A DNA stretch of 64,000 nt, taken from contig NC_043024.1 of NCBI RefSeq assembly GCF_006345805.1, positions 9,858,001 through 9,922,000 of the forward strand. Direction: 5' to 3'. The notes under the pieces were generated by a model. The model searched no databases. It saw only the letters and a program-made list of their open reading frames with translations, and had not been told where the DNA came from. Origin of the DNA: Octopus sinensis (taxonomy: Eukaryota). A program made the translations under genes and the position numbers. Each line of letters begins with the position of its first letter. The stretch's first letter is position 1. Shown here piece after piece: positions 24,551 to 37,806 of the stretch.

Positions 24551-25119
24551 AACCCTTATTCAGGAACCTTTTGAATGAGATGGGCTACTGGACTTTAAGA
24601 AAATTCTAACTGGGCCCCACTTGCAAAATCATGCCCCGTTTATCTTGATCCTGACTCTCACACCATTCTAAAAATAACACAATCACATCATCATAATCTC
24701 AAGGTTATGAGATAATGAATGATTAATCCAAAACAATGAGAATAAATAAGGATTCCATTAACAGATAATCTGAACGCTAAATGGTGAATGCCAGTTTTTC
24801 CATGCTGGCATGGGTTGGGGGATTGACAGGAGCTGGTCAAGTCAGACGACTGCACCAAGCCAAGCTTTAATATTTGTTTTTGCAGGGTTTCTATGGTTGG
24901 ATACCCTTTCTACTTTGGATACCCAACTACTTTGCAGAGTGTCCTGGGTGCATTTTATGTGGCACCAGCACCAGTGAGGTCACCAAGCAACTTGCAAGAC
25001 AAAGACCCTTCAACTGAGTGGTGGCATAGCAAAGAGGTGGGTGGCTTTGTGCTAGGTGATGAGAGGTTAGGGCTATAATATAGGGATTGTTAGGGCTGTA
25101 ATAGAGGGAAGGCATGTGG

Positions 25120-25420
25120 CTTAGGGGTTATGGCATTCAGCTCACAATTGTAAGGTCAAGAGTTCAATTCCTGGCAACGTGTTGTGTCCTTGACCAAGAC
25201 ACTTTATTTCACGTTGCTCCAGTCCACTCGGGTGGTAAAAATGAGTAGTACCGGTATTTCAAAGGGCCGGCCTTGTCATGCTGAATCTCCCTGAGAACTA
25301 CATTAAGGGTACACGTGTCTGTGGAGTACTCAGCTACATGCTAGTTAATTCCATGAGCAAGCTGTTCCATTGATCTTTTCACCTGGGACCCTCGGCATCC
25401 TAACCGACGAAGTGCTCCTT
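25120..25420 (+). mobile_element. SINE family E
   Basis: Shared with 27055-27375. Confidence 0.8.
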
Positions 25421-26039
25421 TTTTAACAAATGTCTTACAGTAAGGAAGATACATGGTTACCGCAGGTGGAAAAGGTGTGGATAAGAGAGAAAGAGAGCAG
25501 GGGAGAGAGAGAGAGGGAAGATGGTGAAGATGATGTGTTGGGGGTACACAAGATAATGACAGGTAAGTTCAGAATTACGAGAGAATAATAGAAATGCCAA
25601 ACCAACTTCATTGAGAAACCTGAGATTGAGGTTTTCATATCTGCAGATAATTGCAGAGAAGTTCAGGTTACTTTCAGCTAATTATATCTACCTGTTGTGA
25701 TATCACAGGTAGATTTTTGATAGGTAGTATTAATTAGGTTGATGTTTTTGGGAGGGCTAATGACATTTATTTGTTGTTATCTTTCAAGCAGGTATATATG
25801 GAGGGCAGGTTCATTGCCCTGTTTGGAGAGCTAATTGCATTCATCTGTGGCTTTATTTACAGGTAGAAATATCATGCATAGTTTTAATAGTGGTGTTTAG
25901 AAGACCTTGGGTGAGCAAGGGTCTTCTACCAAAATCCCCAACCAGAGCCTTGTGAGTGGATTTAGCTTAAAGAATCTGAAAGAAACACATGTATGTATAT
26001 ATATATATTATATTAATATATATATATATATATGTATAT

Positions 26040-26455
26040 ATAGGCGCAGGAGTGGCTGTGTGGTAAGTAGCATGCTAACCAACCACAGTCCCACTGCATG
26101 GCATCTTGGGCAAGTGTCTTCTGCTATAGCCCCGGGCCGACCAATGCCTTGTGAGTGGATTTGGTAGACGGAAACTGAAAGAAGCCCGTCGTATATATGT
26201 ATATATATATGTAGATGTGTGTGTATGTGTTTGTGTGTATGTGTTTGTGTGTCTGTGTTTGACCCCCTAGCATTGCTTGCCAACCGATGCTGGTGTGTTT
26301 ACATCCCCGTCACTTAGCGGTTCGGCAAAAGGGAACGATAGAATAAGTACTGGGCTTACAAAGAATAAGTCCCGGGGGTCGATTTGCTCGAATCAAGGCG
26401 GTGCTCCAGCATGGCCGCAGTCAAATGACTAAAACAAGTAAAAGAGTAAAAGAGT
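26040..26455 (+). mobile_element. SINE family A
   Basis: Full length. Confidence 0.9.
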
Positions 26456-26636
26456 ATTATCATCATCATCATCATCGTCATAATCATTATTATTATTGTT
26501 ATTATTATTGTTATTGCAGTGAGTAATCTCTAGAATAAATAGTAACAGTTGGTCAGTTGGTGTGATCCGTTAATCTAGTTTCTCCTTCTTACAACTGATC
26601 AATATTTCTTTGTTTGTTTTGACTGATTTCTCTAAG

Positions 26637-26679
26637 AAGCCAACGAAGTACTAAACTTTTGAAGTTTAATAGTTCTTCG
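26637..26679 (+). other. Candidate 43-nt exon (UTR or phase 2-0)
   Basis: Acceptor tttgtttgttttgactgatttctctaag and donor TCG|gtaaat. Only one frame is open (SQRSTKLLKFNSSS). Confidence 0.25.
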
Positions 26680-27006
26680 GTAAATTGCGTTGTCTGTATT
26701 TGTTTGTGTCCATGTTTGTGTAAGTGTTTTTAGATTTAGGCACAATAACAATAATAGCAGTCTTTCCAATTTTTGGCACCAGGCCAGCAATTTAGATAGG
26801 AGGTGGGGGTAAATCGATTTCTTCAAACTCACTCCATCCCCCGCCCCCACAGTACTTGACTGTTAGTTTAACTGATCCCGAGAGGATGAAAAAGCCAAGC
26901 TGGCTGCAGTGGAATTTGAACCCAGAACGTCAAGAGTCGGGATGAATACTGCAAAGCATTCTTTCCAAACTCAGAGCATAAAGCAGGGGTCCCCAAACAT
27001 TGTGTA

Positions 27007-27054
<48 letters not shown>

Positions 27055-27056
<2 letters not shown>

Positions 27057-27815
27057 GTTTAGTGGTTAGGGCATTCGGCTCATGATCGTAAGGTCGTGAG
27101 TTCAATTCCCGGCGACGCGTTGTGTCCTTGAACAAGACACTTTATTTCACCTTGCTCCAGTCTACTCAGCTGGCAAAAATGAGTTGTACCTGTATTTCAA
27201 AGGGTCAGCCTTGTCACTCTCTGTGTCACGCTGATTATCCCCGAGAACTACGTTAAGGGTATGCGTGTCTGTGGAGTACTCAGCCACTTGCACATTAATT
27301 TCACGACGAGCAGACTGTTCCGTTAATCGTATCTGCTGGGACCCTCGTCGTTGTAACCGACGGAATGCTACTTCCTTCTTATTATATATATTATATATAT
27401 ATCACAGGAGTGGCTGTGTGGTAAGTAGCTTGCTAACCAGCCACATGGTTCCGGGTTCAGTCCCACTGCGTGACATCTTGGGCAAGTGTCTTCTGCTATA
27501 GCCTCGGGCCGACCAATGCCTTGTGAGTGGATTTGGTAGACGGAAACTGAAAGAAGCCTGTCGTATATATGTATATATATATATATATATGTGGTGTGTG
27601 TATATGTTTGTGTGTCTGTGTTTGTCCCCCTAGCATTGCTTGACAACCGATGCTGGTGTGTTTACGTCCCCGTCACCTAGCGGTTTGGCAAAAGAGACCG
27701 ATAGAATAAGTACTGGGCTTACAAAGAATAAGTCCCGGGGTCGATTTGCTCGACTAAAGGCGGTGCTCCACCATGGCCGCAGTCAAACGACTGAAACAAG
27801 TAAAAGAGTAAAAGA
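27055..27815 (+). mobile_element. SINE family E (27055-27375) followed by SINE family A (27405-27815)
   Basis: Standard heads and tails. Confidence 0.85.
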
Positions 27816-27879
27816 GTATATGTGTCTGCTTGTGGTTAACTACTTGGGCCTATCTTTGTCAGCATGTATTTACATGTCT

Positions 27880-28268
27880 GTCTGTGTGTTTGTGTGTCTG
27901 TGTGTTTGTGTGTGTCCATCTGTCTTCTGTGTCTCTTTGTGTCTGTGTGTATATGTATGTGTTTTTGTGGTGTGTGTGTGTGTTGTGAGACTGTCTTCTC
28001 TCTGTATATATGTGTATGTATGTATGTGTGTATATATCTGTGTATGTTTCTTATACACTTCTCCGTTCATGTTTGTGTGCGTGTGTGTTTGTATGTGTGT
28101 TATATGTTTTTATGTATGTATACCTTTGTGTGTATGTGTGTATATTGTGTGTGTGTAGCTGTCTTCTCTGTGCGTATGTGTGTGTGTGTATATGTGTATA
28201 TGTATCTCTGTGTTTCTCTGCTCATATTTGTGTATGTGTCACTACTTCTGTGTATGTATGTGTGCCCC

Positions 28269-28303
<35 letters not shown>

Positions 28304-28355
28304 ATGTATGTGTGTATGTATATATGTGTGTGTATGTATGTGTGTGTGTGTGTAT
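27880..28355. repeat. Degenerate (GT)n microsatellite
   Basis: Direct reading. Confidence 0.9.
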
Positions 28356-28405
28356 GACCTGTATGATCTCTGATCTTAATTAACATTTAATTACAAACTC
28401 GTCAG

Positions 28406-28459
28406 TTCTGCCCATCACCATGACGTATCAAGATTCTAATTGCCTTCGATGTCACCCAG
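28406..28459 (+). CDS. Candidate 54-nt phase 1-1 exon, xLPITMTYQDSNCLRCHP (may contain the start ATG)
   Basis: cag acceptor with weak pyrimidine tract, strong donor CAG|gtaagc, open frame, Kozak-like caccATGA. Confidence 0.45.
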
Positions 28460-28949
28460 GTAAGCTAACCCCCTACATATTTCGGGCCCCACCAACAGGC
28501 TTCCCCTTCCCTTCTCCCTTCAAATATTAGTATTAAGGGCACCAGACAGGACCCACTTTTTATCTGTCCCCTTCCCTCCTTCTTTTATGTTTGCTTGAAC
28601 TAAACACAGCAAAGAGACAAGGTGGACGTTGACATGTCTGTACAGTGGTTGCGTTGGTGGTGCCAGTGGTATTTCTATGTTCCGGGGTTTCGGAGACTCT
28701 GGTGGCGTGGGTGGGGGACATTTACTGCGTTTGGTGAGTGTGGAGAAGGAGTTGTGAGTTCAAATCCCCCCAGCCCAGTGCTCATGTTTCAAAGACCCTG
28801 TGTCTGTGGCACAACTACATTTAAGATGATGAGAGGCCTTTTCAAAGGCTCGTGGTGGGTATCTCAGTTGATGCCACAGTCTGTGTGGATACTGCTGGGT
28901 ACCACAGTCTATTGTGGTACATTTTGTTCCCTTCTCACATTTTGTTACC

Positions 28950-29530
28950 TGATATTACCTCCATACACAATTTGTACTCCATACTTTATACTCTCTATAT
29001 TTGTACTCTATACCTTACACTCTATATATTTCTACTCTATATATTTGTACTCTATACCTTACATTCTATATATTTCTACTGTATATATTTGTACTTTATA
29101 TATTTCTACTCTATATATTTGTACTCTGTATATTTGTACTCCCTACATTACACTATACCTTACACTCTATACCTTATACTCCTTATGCTCTGTATATTTG
29201 TACTCTATACCTTATACTCCATATATTTGTACTCTATACCTTACACTCTATATATTTGTACTCTATACCTTATGTTCTATATATTTGTACTCTATATGCT
29301 TGTACTTTATACTTTATGTATTTCTACTCTATATATTTATACTCAAAGCATTATACTCTATATATTTGTACTCTATATATTTCTACACTATTTATTTGTA
29401 CTCTCTATTTTTACTCTATGCATTACACCCTATATGCTTGTACTTTATACCTTATGCTCTATATATTTGTACTCTATATATTTGTACTCCCTACATTATA
29501 CTCCATATCTTTATACTCCATATATTTGTA
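28950..29530. repeat. Degenerate minisatellite built on TATATTTGTACTC
   Basis: Direct reading. Source of the 314, 264 and 213-aa ORFs. Confidence 0.9.
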
Positions 29531-29905
29531 CTCCCTACAAGGTGTTACTCTACACCAAGCATATAAGACATTACTCCATGCAGTGGTCGCTATATACACA
29601 ATATATATATACACTATACACAACACATTCTACACACAATAGCTGACTCCACGCACACGATTACTGTGTACAACATATCATTCACTATACACCCGATTAC
29701 CCGACACAATGCCACAACACACCCAAGCTTCCTTTTGTCCGTTTTGAACGACACCAAACAGTCACTCTGACATATGAGACATCAAAGAAAAATAAAATAA
29801 AATAAAATAAAACAAATATTCATAAATAAATAATAAAAAAAAATAACAATGAAACACTTTTGCTATGATATATTTTTGCACATTTCGTGTTGTTTCTGTG
29901 ATTAG

Positions 29906-29917
29906 ATTACAAAAGCG
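29906..29917 (+). CDS. Candidate 12-nt phase 1-1 microexon (xYKS)
   Basis: tttcgtgttgtttctgtgattag|ATTACAAAAGCG|gtgggc. Confidence 0.3.
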
Positions 29918-30049
29918 GTGGGCTTAAAATGTCACCCTGTTTAACACCATCACAACCAACTCCTTGGCACGCTATGTCTCTGTGGTGGATTCCATTCTGT
30001 TTTAAGTGCCCTGATTTTACCTTTTGCCCAGTTTACACACACTCACACA

Positions 30050-30700
30050 CTAACATCATCATCATCATCATCGTTTAACGTCCGTTCTCCATGCTAGCAT
30101 GGGTTGGACGGCTCAACTGGGGTCTGGGAAGCCAGGAGGCTGCATCAGGCCCCAGTCTGATCTGGCAGTGTTTCTACAACTGGATACTCTTCTTAACGCC
30201 AACCACTCTGAGAGTGTAGTGGGCGCTTTTTATGTGCCACTAGCACAGGTGCCAGAGGAGGCTGGCAACAATCACAATCGGTTGGTGCTTTTCACGTGCC
30301 ACCGGTATGGAAGCCAGTCAAGGCGGCGCTCGCATCGTCCACATTCAGATGGTGCCTTTTACGTACCACTGGCACTGGGGCCAGAGGAAGCTGGCAACGA
30401 CCATGATCGATTGGTGCTTTACATGCCACCGGCACGAAAGCCAGTCATGGTGGCACTGGCACAGTGATCACAACTACAATTTCCATTTGATTTTGATGTA
30501 CTTGACGCAATAGGTCTCCTCAAGCACAGCATGTGGTCCTAGCACAGCATGTGGCCCTAGCACAGCATGTGGCCCTAGCACAGCATGTGGCCCTGGCACA
30601 GCATGTCGCTCTACGATCCAAGGTACCTGAGTGGGCTAGGGCTGGTTATGCGACACTGGTGTAGGTTACAGCTGTGAACTCACTTTATTTGCAGTCACAG
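30050..30700 (-). mobile_element. SINE-like family C, near full length
   Basis: Tail and head both present. Internal 20-bp tandem CCCTAGCACAGCATGTGG. Confidence 0.85.
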
Positions 30701-30729
30701 CATACCTCCTGGGGTCTCAGTCTCTCATC

Positions 30730-30780
<51 letters not shown>

Positions 30781-31188
30781 TTTAGTATAACACATACAAA
30801 ATTCTATAAACAAGCCTTTCAATAGAAATATTCTCCTGAATTGAACTGCGACTGCCAGCCGCCACTGACCATTCAAAATACGACCATCAGGGCTCCCAGA
30901 TTCTCCCACCCCCCTTTTCCTCACCAGCCTTCTTCCTCTACTACCCTACCAAGAACTCACAACGACCCCCAACCACAAGTGCAAAACAAGGGAGTCAGAG
31001 AAAGGCAGAATGCCACTTATATCTGAACACTACTATAGAATATTCCTTTAAAAAAACTTTTCTTCTAATTTTTCTAAATTTAATTATTTAATCGTTACAG
31101 TTGAAAAGGTCTCAAAATGACCGAAACCGGTACTGAAAGATTCACTATAAAATTATTTTAGCATTTTCTATTTTTGACTTGTTTTTTC

Positions 31189-31219
<31 letters not shown>

Positions 31220-31439
31220 CACACACAAACACACATAAACACACATACTTACACACACAGACACACACACATATATATATATATATATGTATACATATAC
31301 ACATATATGTATATATGGGAAGGTTAGAGTTAACCTCTTTAATAAATACTGTATTAAATCATTAACTGTGAGGCAAATTTATATATATATATTTATATAC
31401 ATACACACACACATATACATAAAGACACATACACACACA

Positions 31440-32228
31440 CACACACATATACATATACACACATACACTCACATACATGCACTTCATGCACACACACATA
31501 TATGTATACAGACACACCTATCCATACACGTGCATATGTACATCCGCTGCACATTTAGTTGGTTTGTTAATGGTGATATATACACACACATATTTTCATA
31601 TAGACACATGCACACATATGTATATATACATATACACATATATAGATATATATTTGATATGTAAACGTGGACCGTTTAAAAGCTGACTCAAAATAAATAG
31701 CATTAAAAAAACCGTGAAACGAGGCAGGAAAATGGTATTCAATACCATCCAACAGACGAAGAAGAAAAATTTAGGCGTAGGAGTGGCTGTGTGGTAAGTA
31801 GCTTGCTAACCAACCACATGGTTCTGGGTTCAGTCCCACAGCGTGGCACCTTGGGCAAGTGTCTTCTGCTATAGCCTCGGGCCGACCAAGGCCTTGTGAG
31901 TGGATTTGGTAGACGGAAACTGAAAGAAGCCCGTCGTATATATATATATATATATATATAGGCATAGGAGTGGCTGTGTGGTAAGTAGCTTGCTAACCAA
32001 CCACATGGTCCCGGGTTCAGTCCCACAGCGTGGCACCTTGGGCAAGTGTCTTCTGCTATAGCCTCGGGCCGACCAAAGCCTTGTGAGTGGATTTGGTAGA
32101 CGGAAACTGAAAGAAGCCTGTCGTATATATGTATATAATATATTATATATATATATATATCTGTTGTGTCTGTGTTTTGGTAGACGGAAACTGAAAGAAG
32201 CCTGTCGTATATATGCATATATATTATA

Positions 32229-32259
<31 letters not shown>

Positions 32260-32427
32260 TGTAGGAGTGGCTGTGTGGTAAGTAGCTTGCTAACCAACCT
32301 CATGGTCCGGGTTCAGTCCCACTGCGTGGCATCTTGGGCAAGTGTCTTCTACTGTAGCCTTGGGCCGACCAAAGCCTTGTGAGTGGATTTGTAGACGGAA
32401 ACTGAAAAGAAGCCCGTCGTACATATG

Positions 32428-32458
<31 letters not shown>

Positions 32459-33720
32459 ATATATATATATATGTATGTGTGTGTGTGTGTGTCTGTGTTT
32501 GTGTGTCGTGGTGTGTCCCCCAACATCGCTTGACAACCGATGCTGGTGTGTTTACGTCCCCGTCACTTAGCGGTTCGGCAAAAGAGACCGATAGAATAAG
32601 TACTGGGCTTACAAAGAATAAGTCCCGGGGTCGAGTTGCTCGACTAAAGGCGGTGCTCCAGCATGGCCGCAGTCAACTGACTGAAACAAGTAAAAACAGT
32701 ATATATACATATACACACATACACTCACATACATGCACTCATGCACACACACATATATGTATACAGACACACCTATCCATACACATGTGCATATGTAAAT
32801 CCGCTGCACATTTAGTTGGTTTGTTAATGGTGATATATACACACACATATTTTCATATAGACACATGCACACATTGTATATATACATATACACATATATA
32901 GATATATATTTGATATGTAAACGTGGACCGTTTAAAAGCTGACTCAAAATAAATAGCATTAAAAAAACCGTGAAACGAGGCAGGAAAATGGTATTCAATA
33001 CCATCCAACAGACGAAGAAGAAAAATTTAGGCGTAGGAGTGGCTGTGTGGTAAGTGCTTGCTAACCAACCTCATGGTTCCGGGTTCAGTCCCACTGCGTG
33101 GCATCTTGGGCAAGTGTCTTCTACTGTAGCCTTGGGCCGACCAAAGCCTTGTGAGTGGATTTGGTAGACGGAAACTGAAAAGAAGCCGTTCGTACATATG
33201 TATATATATATAATATATATAATATATATATATATGTATGTGTGTGTGTGTGTGTCTGTGTTTGGTGTGTCTGTGTTTGTCCCCCAACATCGCTTGACAA
33301 CCGATGCTGGTGTGTTTACGTCCCCGTCACTTAGCGGTTCGGCAAAAGAGACCGATAGAATAAGTACTGGGCTTACAAGAATAAGTCCCGGGGTCGAGTT
33401 GCTCGACTAAAGGCGGTGCTCCAGCATGGCCGCAGTCAACTGACTGAAACAAGTAAAAACAGTATATATACATATACACACATACACTCACATACATGCA
33501 CTCATGCACACACACATATATGTATACAGACACACCTATCCATACACATGTGCATATGTACATCCGCTGCACATTTAGTTGGTTTGTTAATGGTGTTATA
33601 TTTAATATGTAAATGTGGACTGTTTAAAAGCTGACTAACACAAAAAGCATTAAAAAAAGTGTGAAATGAGATAGGAAAATGGTATTCAATACCATCCAAC
33701 AGACGAAGAAGAGAAATCTA
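31440..33720 (+). repeat. Local tandem duplication X-SINE A-X-SINE A-X with multiple SINE heads
   Basis: Block X (CCGCTGCACATTTAGTTGG...CCAACAGACGAAGAAG) at about 31440, 32700 and 33460. Confidence 0.85.
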
Positions 33721-33784
33721 AAATAAACTAAATTAAATTAAACGACCATTTGTAATTTTAGCAAAACCTAAGTTACAACATTGA

Positions 33785-33985
33785 CTGGTGGTGGTGGTGG
33801 TGGTGGGAGATGGTAGTTGTGGTGGCAGTGTGGGTGGTGGTGGTGGTGGTGGTGGTGTTGGCGCCAGTGTGGGTGGTGGTGGTGGTGGCAGTGTGGGAGG
33901 TGGTGGTGGTGGTGGTGGCAGTGTGGGAGGTGATGGTGGTGGTGGCAGTGTGGGAGGTAGGGTGGTGGTTGTGGTGGTGTTGGTG
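33785..33985. repeat. (GGT)n with a GGCAGTGTGGG higher-order unit
   Basis: Direct reading. Confidence 0.9.
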
Positions 33986-34199
33986 GTTGCAGCAATAGCA
34001 GTAGTAGTTTTAGACTTCTGTAGCGGGGTTTGAACTTGCGACTGTCCTACTGTTGGGTAATGACTGTAAAAATGCCATCTTGAATACAGGCAGCCTTCAA
34101 AGGTTCACCGGAATAATGCTACTCAACGGGGTGGGTGGAGTGTAACCTGGAGGTCCAAAGGAGTCTCTTAGGTCAAGATGCAATGGTCACAGCTCTTAT

Positions 34200-34420
34200 T
34201 TCTTTATTGTCCACCAGGGGACAAACACAGAGGGGACAAACAAAGACAGACAAACGGATTAAGTCGATTACATCTACCCCAGTGAATAACTGGTACTTAA
34301 TTTATCGACCCCCGAAAGGATGAAAGGTAAAGTCGGAATTTGAACTCAGAACATAACAGCAGACGAAATAACACTAAGCATTTCGCTCGGCGTGCCAACG
34401 TCTATGCTAGCTCACCGCCT
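34200..34420 (-). mobile_element. SINE family B
   Basis: Shared motifs. Confidence 0.8.
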
Positions 34421-34771
34421 GACACTATGGACATGCGGTTGGAACATTGATCAGAAGAATCACAAGACAGGTTCCTAAAGCCAAGCCAAAGGTGATATTG
34501 GAGTTTGAAGCAATCCTTCAGACCTTGCTGGATTGTGTGAAATCATCCAACTCATGCCAGCACGGAAAAACAGACGTTAAACGATGATTAATGATAATGA
34601 TGAATAATGTAGTCTTACATATACTTTATGTCCTTCCTTGTCTGAGACAGTAGTGAGAGTTGAGGGAGATTTGGCTACTATTTCTAGCAAGTGAAGGGAC
34701 CACTTGCAGGTTTTGCTCTTTTTATTCCTGGAATATGTTGTATTGTTTAGCCCAATAACTGTTTGGATTAA

Positions 34772-35396
34772 CCCTTTCGTTACCATGTTTCTGTTAAGAT
34801 GCTCTGTGTTTCTTCCAATTACTTTAAATCTAACAAAGAATTTAGTAAAATAACTTAGTTATCATTTAAGCTAGTGTTAGGACTAATTGTGACTAAGGTT
34901 TGGTGGAAGATTTTAATTCAAAACTTATGAAAACAAGACATTTTGTACTAGAGAGCCAGAGGTGGTTTCAGTCGGGTTGGTATCAAAAGGGTTAAATATA
35001 ACAAAGAATTTAGTAAAATAACTTTATCATTCAGCTAGTGTTAGGTACATAAATTGTGACTAAGGTTTGCTGGAAGATTTTAATTCAAAGCTTATGAAAA
35101 CAAGACATTTGAACCCAGAGCCAGAGCCAGTTTCAGTCGGGTTGGTATCAAAAGGGTTAAATTAATCATTTGTTAACCCTTTTGTTACCATATTTCTATT
35201 GAGATGCTCTGTGTTTCTTTCAATTAATTATAAAATATAACAAAGAATTTAGCAAAATAACAGTCGTCATTCAGCTAGTGTCAGGAACATAAATTGTGAC
35301 TAAGGTTTGGTGGAAGATTTTAATTCAGAAATTATGAAAACAAGACATTTGTACTCAGAGCCAGGGGCAGTTTCAGTCGGGTTGGTATCAAAAGGG
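34772..35396. mobile_element. Three adjacent piggyBac-like MITEs (34772-34991, partial 34996-35156, 35177-35396)
   Basis: TTAA|CCCTTT ... AAAGGG|TTAA termini. Confidence 0.8.
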
Positions 35397-36204
35397 TTAA
35401 ACAGTTCTCTTGTCAAAGGTAGTCAGGCCCTAATGACCCTATCATTCTCGTTTTCTAGGCATAATATACCAGGGACTACATTATACAATGTGTCCTTCCT
35501 TTTTATTTTCTTTTGTACTTCAACTGACTGTGATCTAGTTGCTATTTCTAGCCAGTGAGGTCAAACCACGACCACCACCACCGCCAGTGCAAAGAGAAGG
35601 CCTTCTCTGTTTCAGTTAAAGACAAGTTATTTCACATGAGAAAATATACATGAAACCAATACTTTGTAGTAACGAGTGTGGCTACGATATGACGAGGAGG
35701 ACGGCCTAGTTAATTGATGACCCAGAAACTAAATATTCTAGGCATCTTGGCTAAGCGCTTTGTAAACGTATTCATCTGCTTTTCAATTCACAATTTCGGA
35801 ATCTCGTGATCTGTGACTCTCATACAAAATGAACAAAAAAGACTTTAAAAAAAACCCACAAAAAAACCGAAAATAACATTTAAAAAAAAATACTCAACTG
35901 CCCATCCCAGTTGCTGTAAATCTAAACCCGAGCGAAGTTTTTTTTTTGCGATGTGGGCGTAAATATGTTTGTGGCTGTGTGGGTTAGTGCTTTGCTTCAT
36001 AACTGACGTTTTTCCAGGTTCAATCTCACCTACAACAGGTATCTTCCACAATTGTTTGTGGCTAGAATTTAGTAGATGGAATCTACAGAGACATAACCCA
36101 ATAAGGTTTGAAAATCAATCAGGTTATTCATTATGTTTTCAGTCTGTGGAGAAATGACCAAAGTCATTGCCCAGTTTATAATTATACCATATGTTGCATA
36201 TATA

Positions 36205-36530
36205 TATATGTGTGTGTGGAGGTGCAATGGCCTAGTTGTTAGGGCAGCGGACTTGCGGTCGTAGGATCGCAGTTTCGATTCCCAGACTGGGCGTTGTGAG
36301 TGTTTATTGAGCGAAAACACCCAAAGCTCTACGAGGCTCCGGCAGGAGGTGGTGGCGATCCCTGCTGTACTCTTTCGCCACAACTTTCTCCCACTCTTTG
36401 TTCTGTTGGCCTGCTCGCTTAGCCAGCGGGGTGGCGTCATTTGAAGGCTAAAACAATGCGAAGCGCATTGTGACCAGTGATGTGTAACAACATCTGATAG
36501 CCTGGTAGGTCACGTGATCACGTGATATAT
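36205..36530 (+). mobile_element. SINE family D, TCACGTGA-tail variant
   Basis: Head as at 2309. Tail GGTCACGTGATCACGTGA shared with 41530. Confidence 0.85.
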
Positions 36531-36533
36531 ATA

Positions 36534-36568
<35 letters not shown>

Positions 36569-36569
36569 T

Positions 36570-36970
36570 CTTTTACTCTTTTACTTGTTTCACTCATTTG
36601 ACTGTGGCCATGCTGGAGCACCGCCTTTTAGTCGAGCAAATGGACCCCATGGCTTATTCTTTGTAAGCCTAGTACTTATTCTATCGGTCACTTTTTGCCG
36701 AACCACTATGTTACAGGGACGTAAACACACCAGCATCGGTTGTCAAGCAATGTTGGGGGACAAACACAGACATACAAACATATACACACACATGCTTATA
36801 TATATATATATACGACGGGCTTCTTTCAGTTTCCGTTTACCAAATCCACTCACAAGGCTTTGGTCAGCCCGAAGCTATAGTAGAAGACACTTGCCCAAGG
36901 TGCCACGCAGTGGGACTGAACCCAGAACCATGTTGTTGACAAGCAAGCTACTTACTACACACCCACTCCT
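36570..36970 (-). mobile_element. SINE family A
   Basis: Full length. Confidence 0.9.
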
Positions 36971-37806
36971 ACATATATATATATGTATATATGATACAGC
37001 ACGCAGTCTTTTCAGTGAATAGGTCACGGTCTCAAAGCAACGAAAATATTTTGGCAAATTAAATTTAAATGTTGAAGTGAATCTAATGGCTTTTGTGTGT
37101 TTCTTAAATGGCTTATAAACACCTTCCACGCTGCAATTGTTTTCATTCCAGCACACGATCTCAGATCAGGTCACTTGCTATGCAAGTACCTCTCCCTATA
37201 TATATATATATATATATATATATTCAGTCTACGGAGAAATGGCTAAAAATTTTCCCTGTTTATAATTATACCATACGTTAGATACACATTATATCATACC
37301 TTGATACTGTGTGGACTAAGATCCCTGTTGATAGGCCACTGGTATTTATATAGAGTGTTAAACACTTTCAGTATGCAAATTAGGGATTCCTTCACAGAGT
37401 AACTGCTGCATTTGTTGAGTATATAATCAGTTTGATTGCAGTAGTGGCATTGACAATAACAGTGGAGGTAGTGGTGGTGGTAGTGGTTGTTGTTGTTAAG
37501 CAACAAGGCGGGTAAGGGTGATTAGGTGATGGTCTAGGGCTTAGGGGCGGGAGACCCCAGACCTTGGAAAAAAACAAGTTTGGTTGTCTTGTAGTCGAGG
37601 GCTCTTCATTGATACCTGACACCACTGGGAGGTGGTCCTCGAAGTCGCTGGGAATGGAGATCTCCAGGTCCAAATTCTTGAAGGTAGTGGTGGAGATGGT
37701 AATGGTGGTGGTGGTGGTGGTGTTGATGATGATGCTGACGCTGGTGGTGATGCTGACACTGCAAAAAACCGTTGTACTAATAACCATATTTCCTTTCTCT
37801 CTTCAG

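Noticed and set aside
25645-25660. 16-bp identity AGATAATTGCAGAGAA with 57861-57876, read as paralogous DNCRE terminal exons
   Set aside because: A match this long is roughly expected by chance in 64 kb of AT-rich DNA and the flanks do not align.
28460-28930. GC-richer unique block after the 54-nt exon
   Set aside because: No sustained ORF or recognisable motif. Possibly a decayed retroelement.
37630-37680. CRIB-like EISIPSDFEDH on the minus strand
   Set aside because: Lacks the H-x-x-H-V part of the motif and may be the antisense shadow of the + frame.
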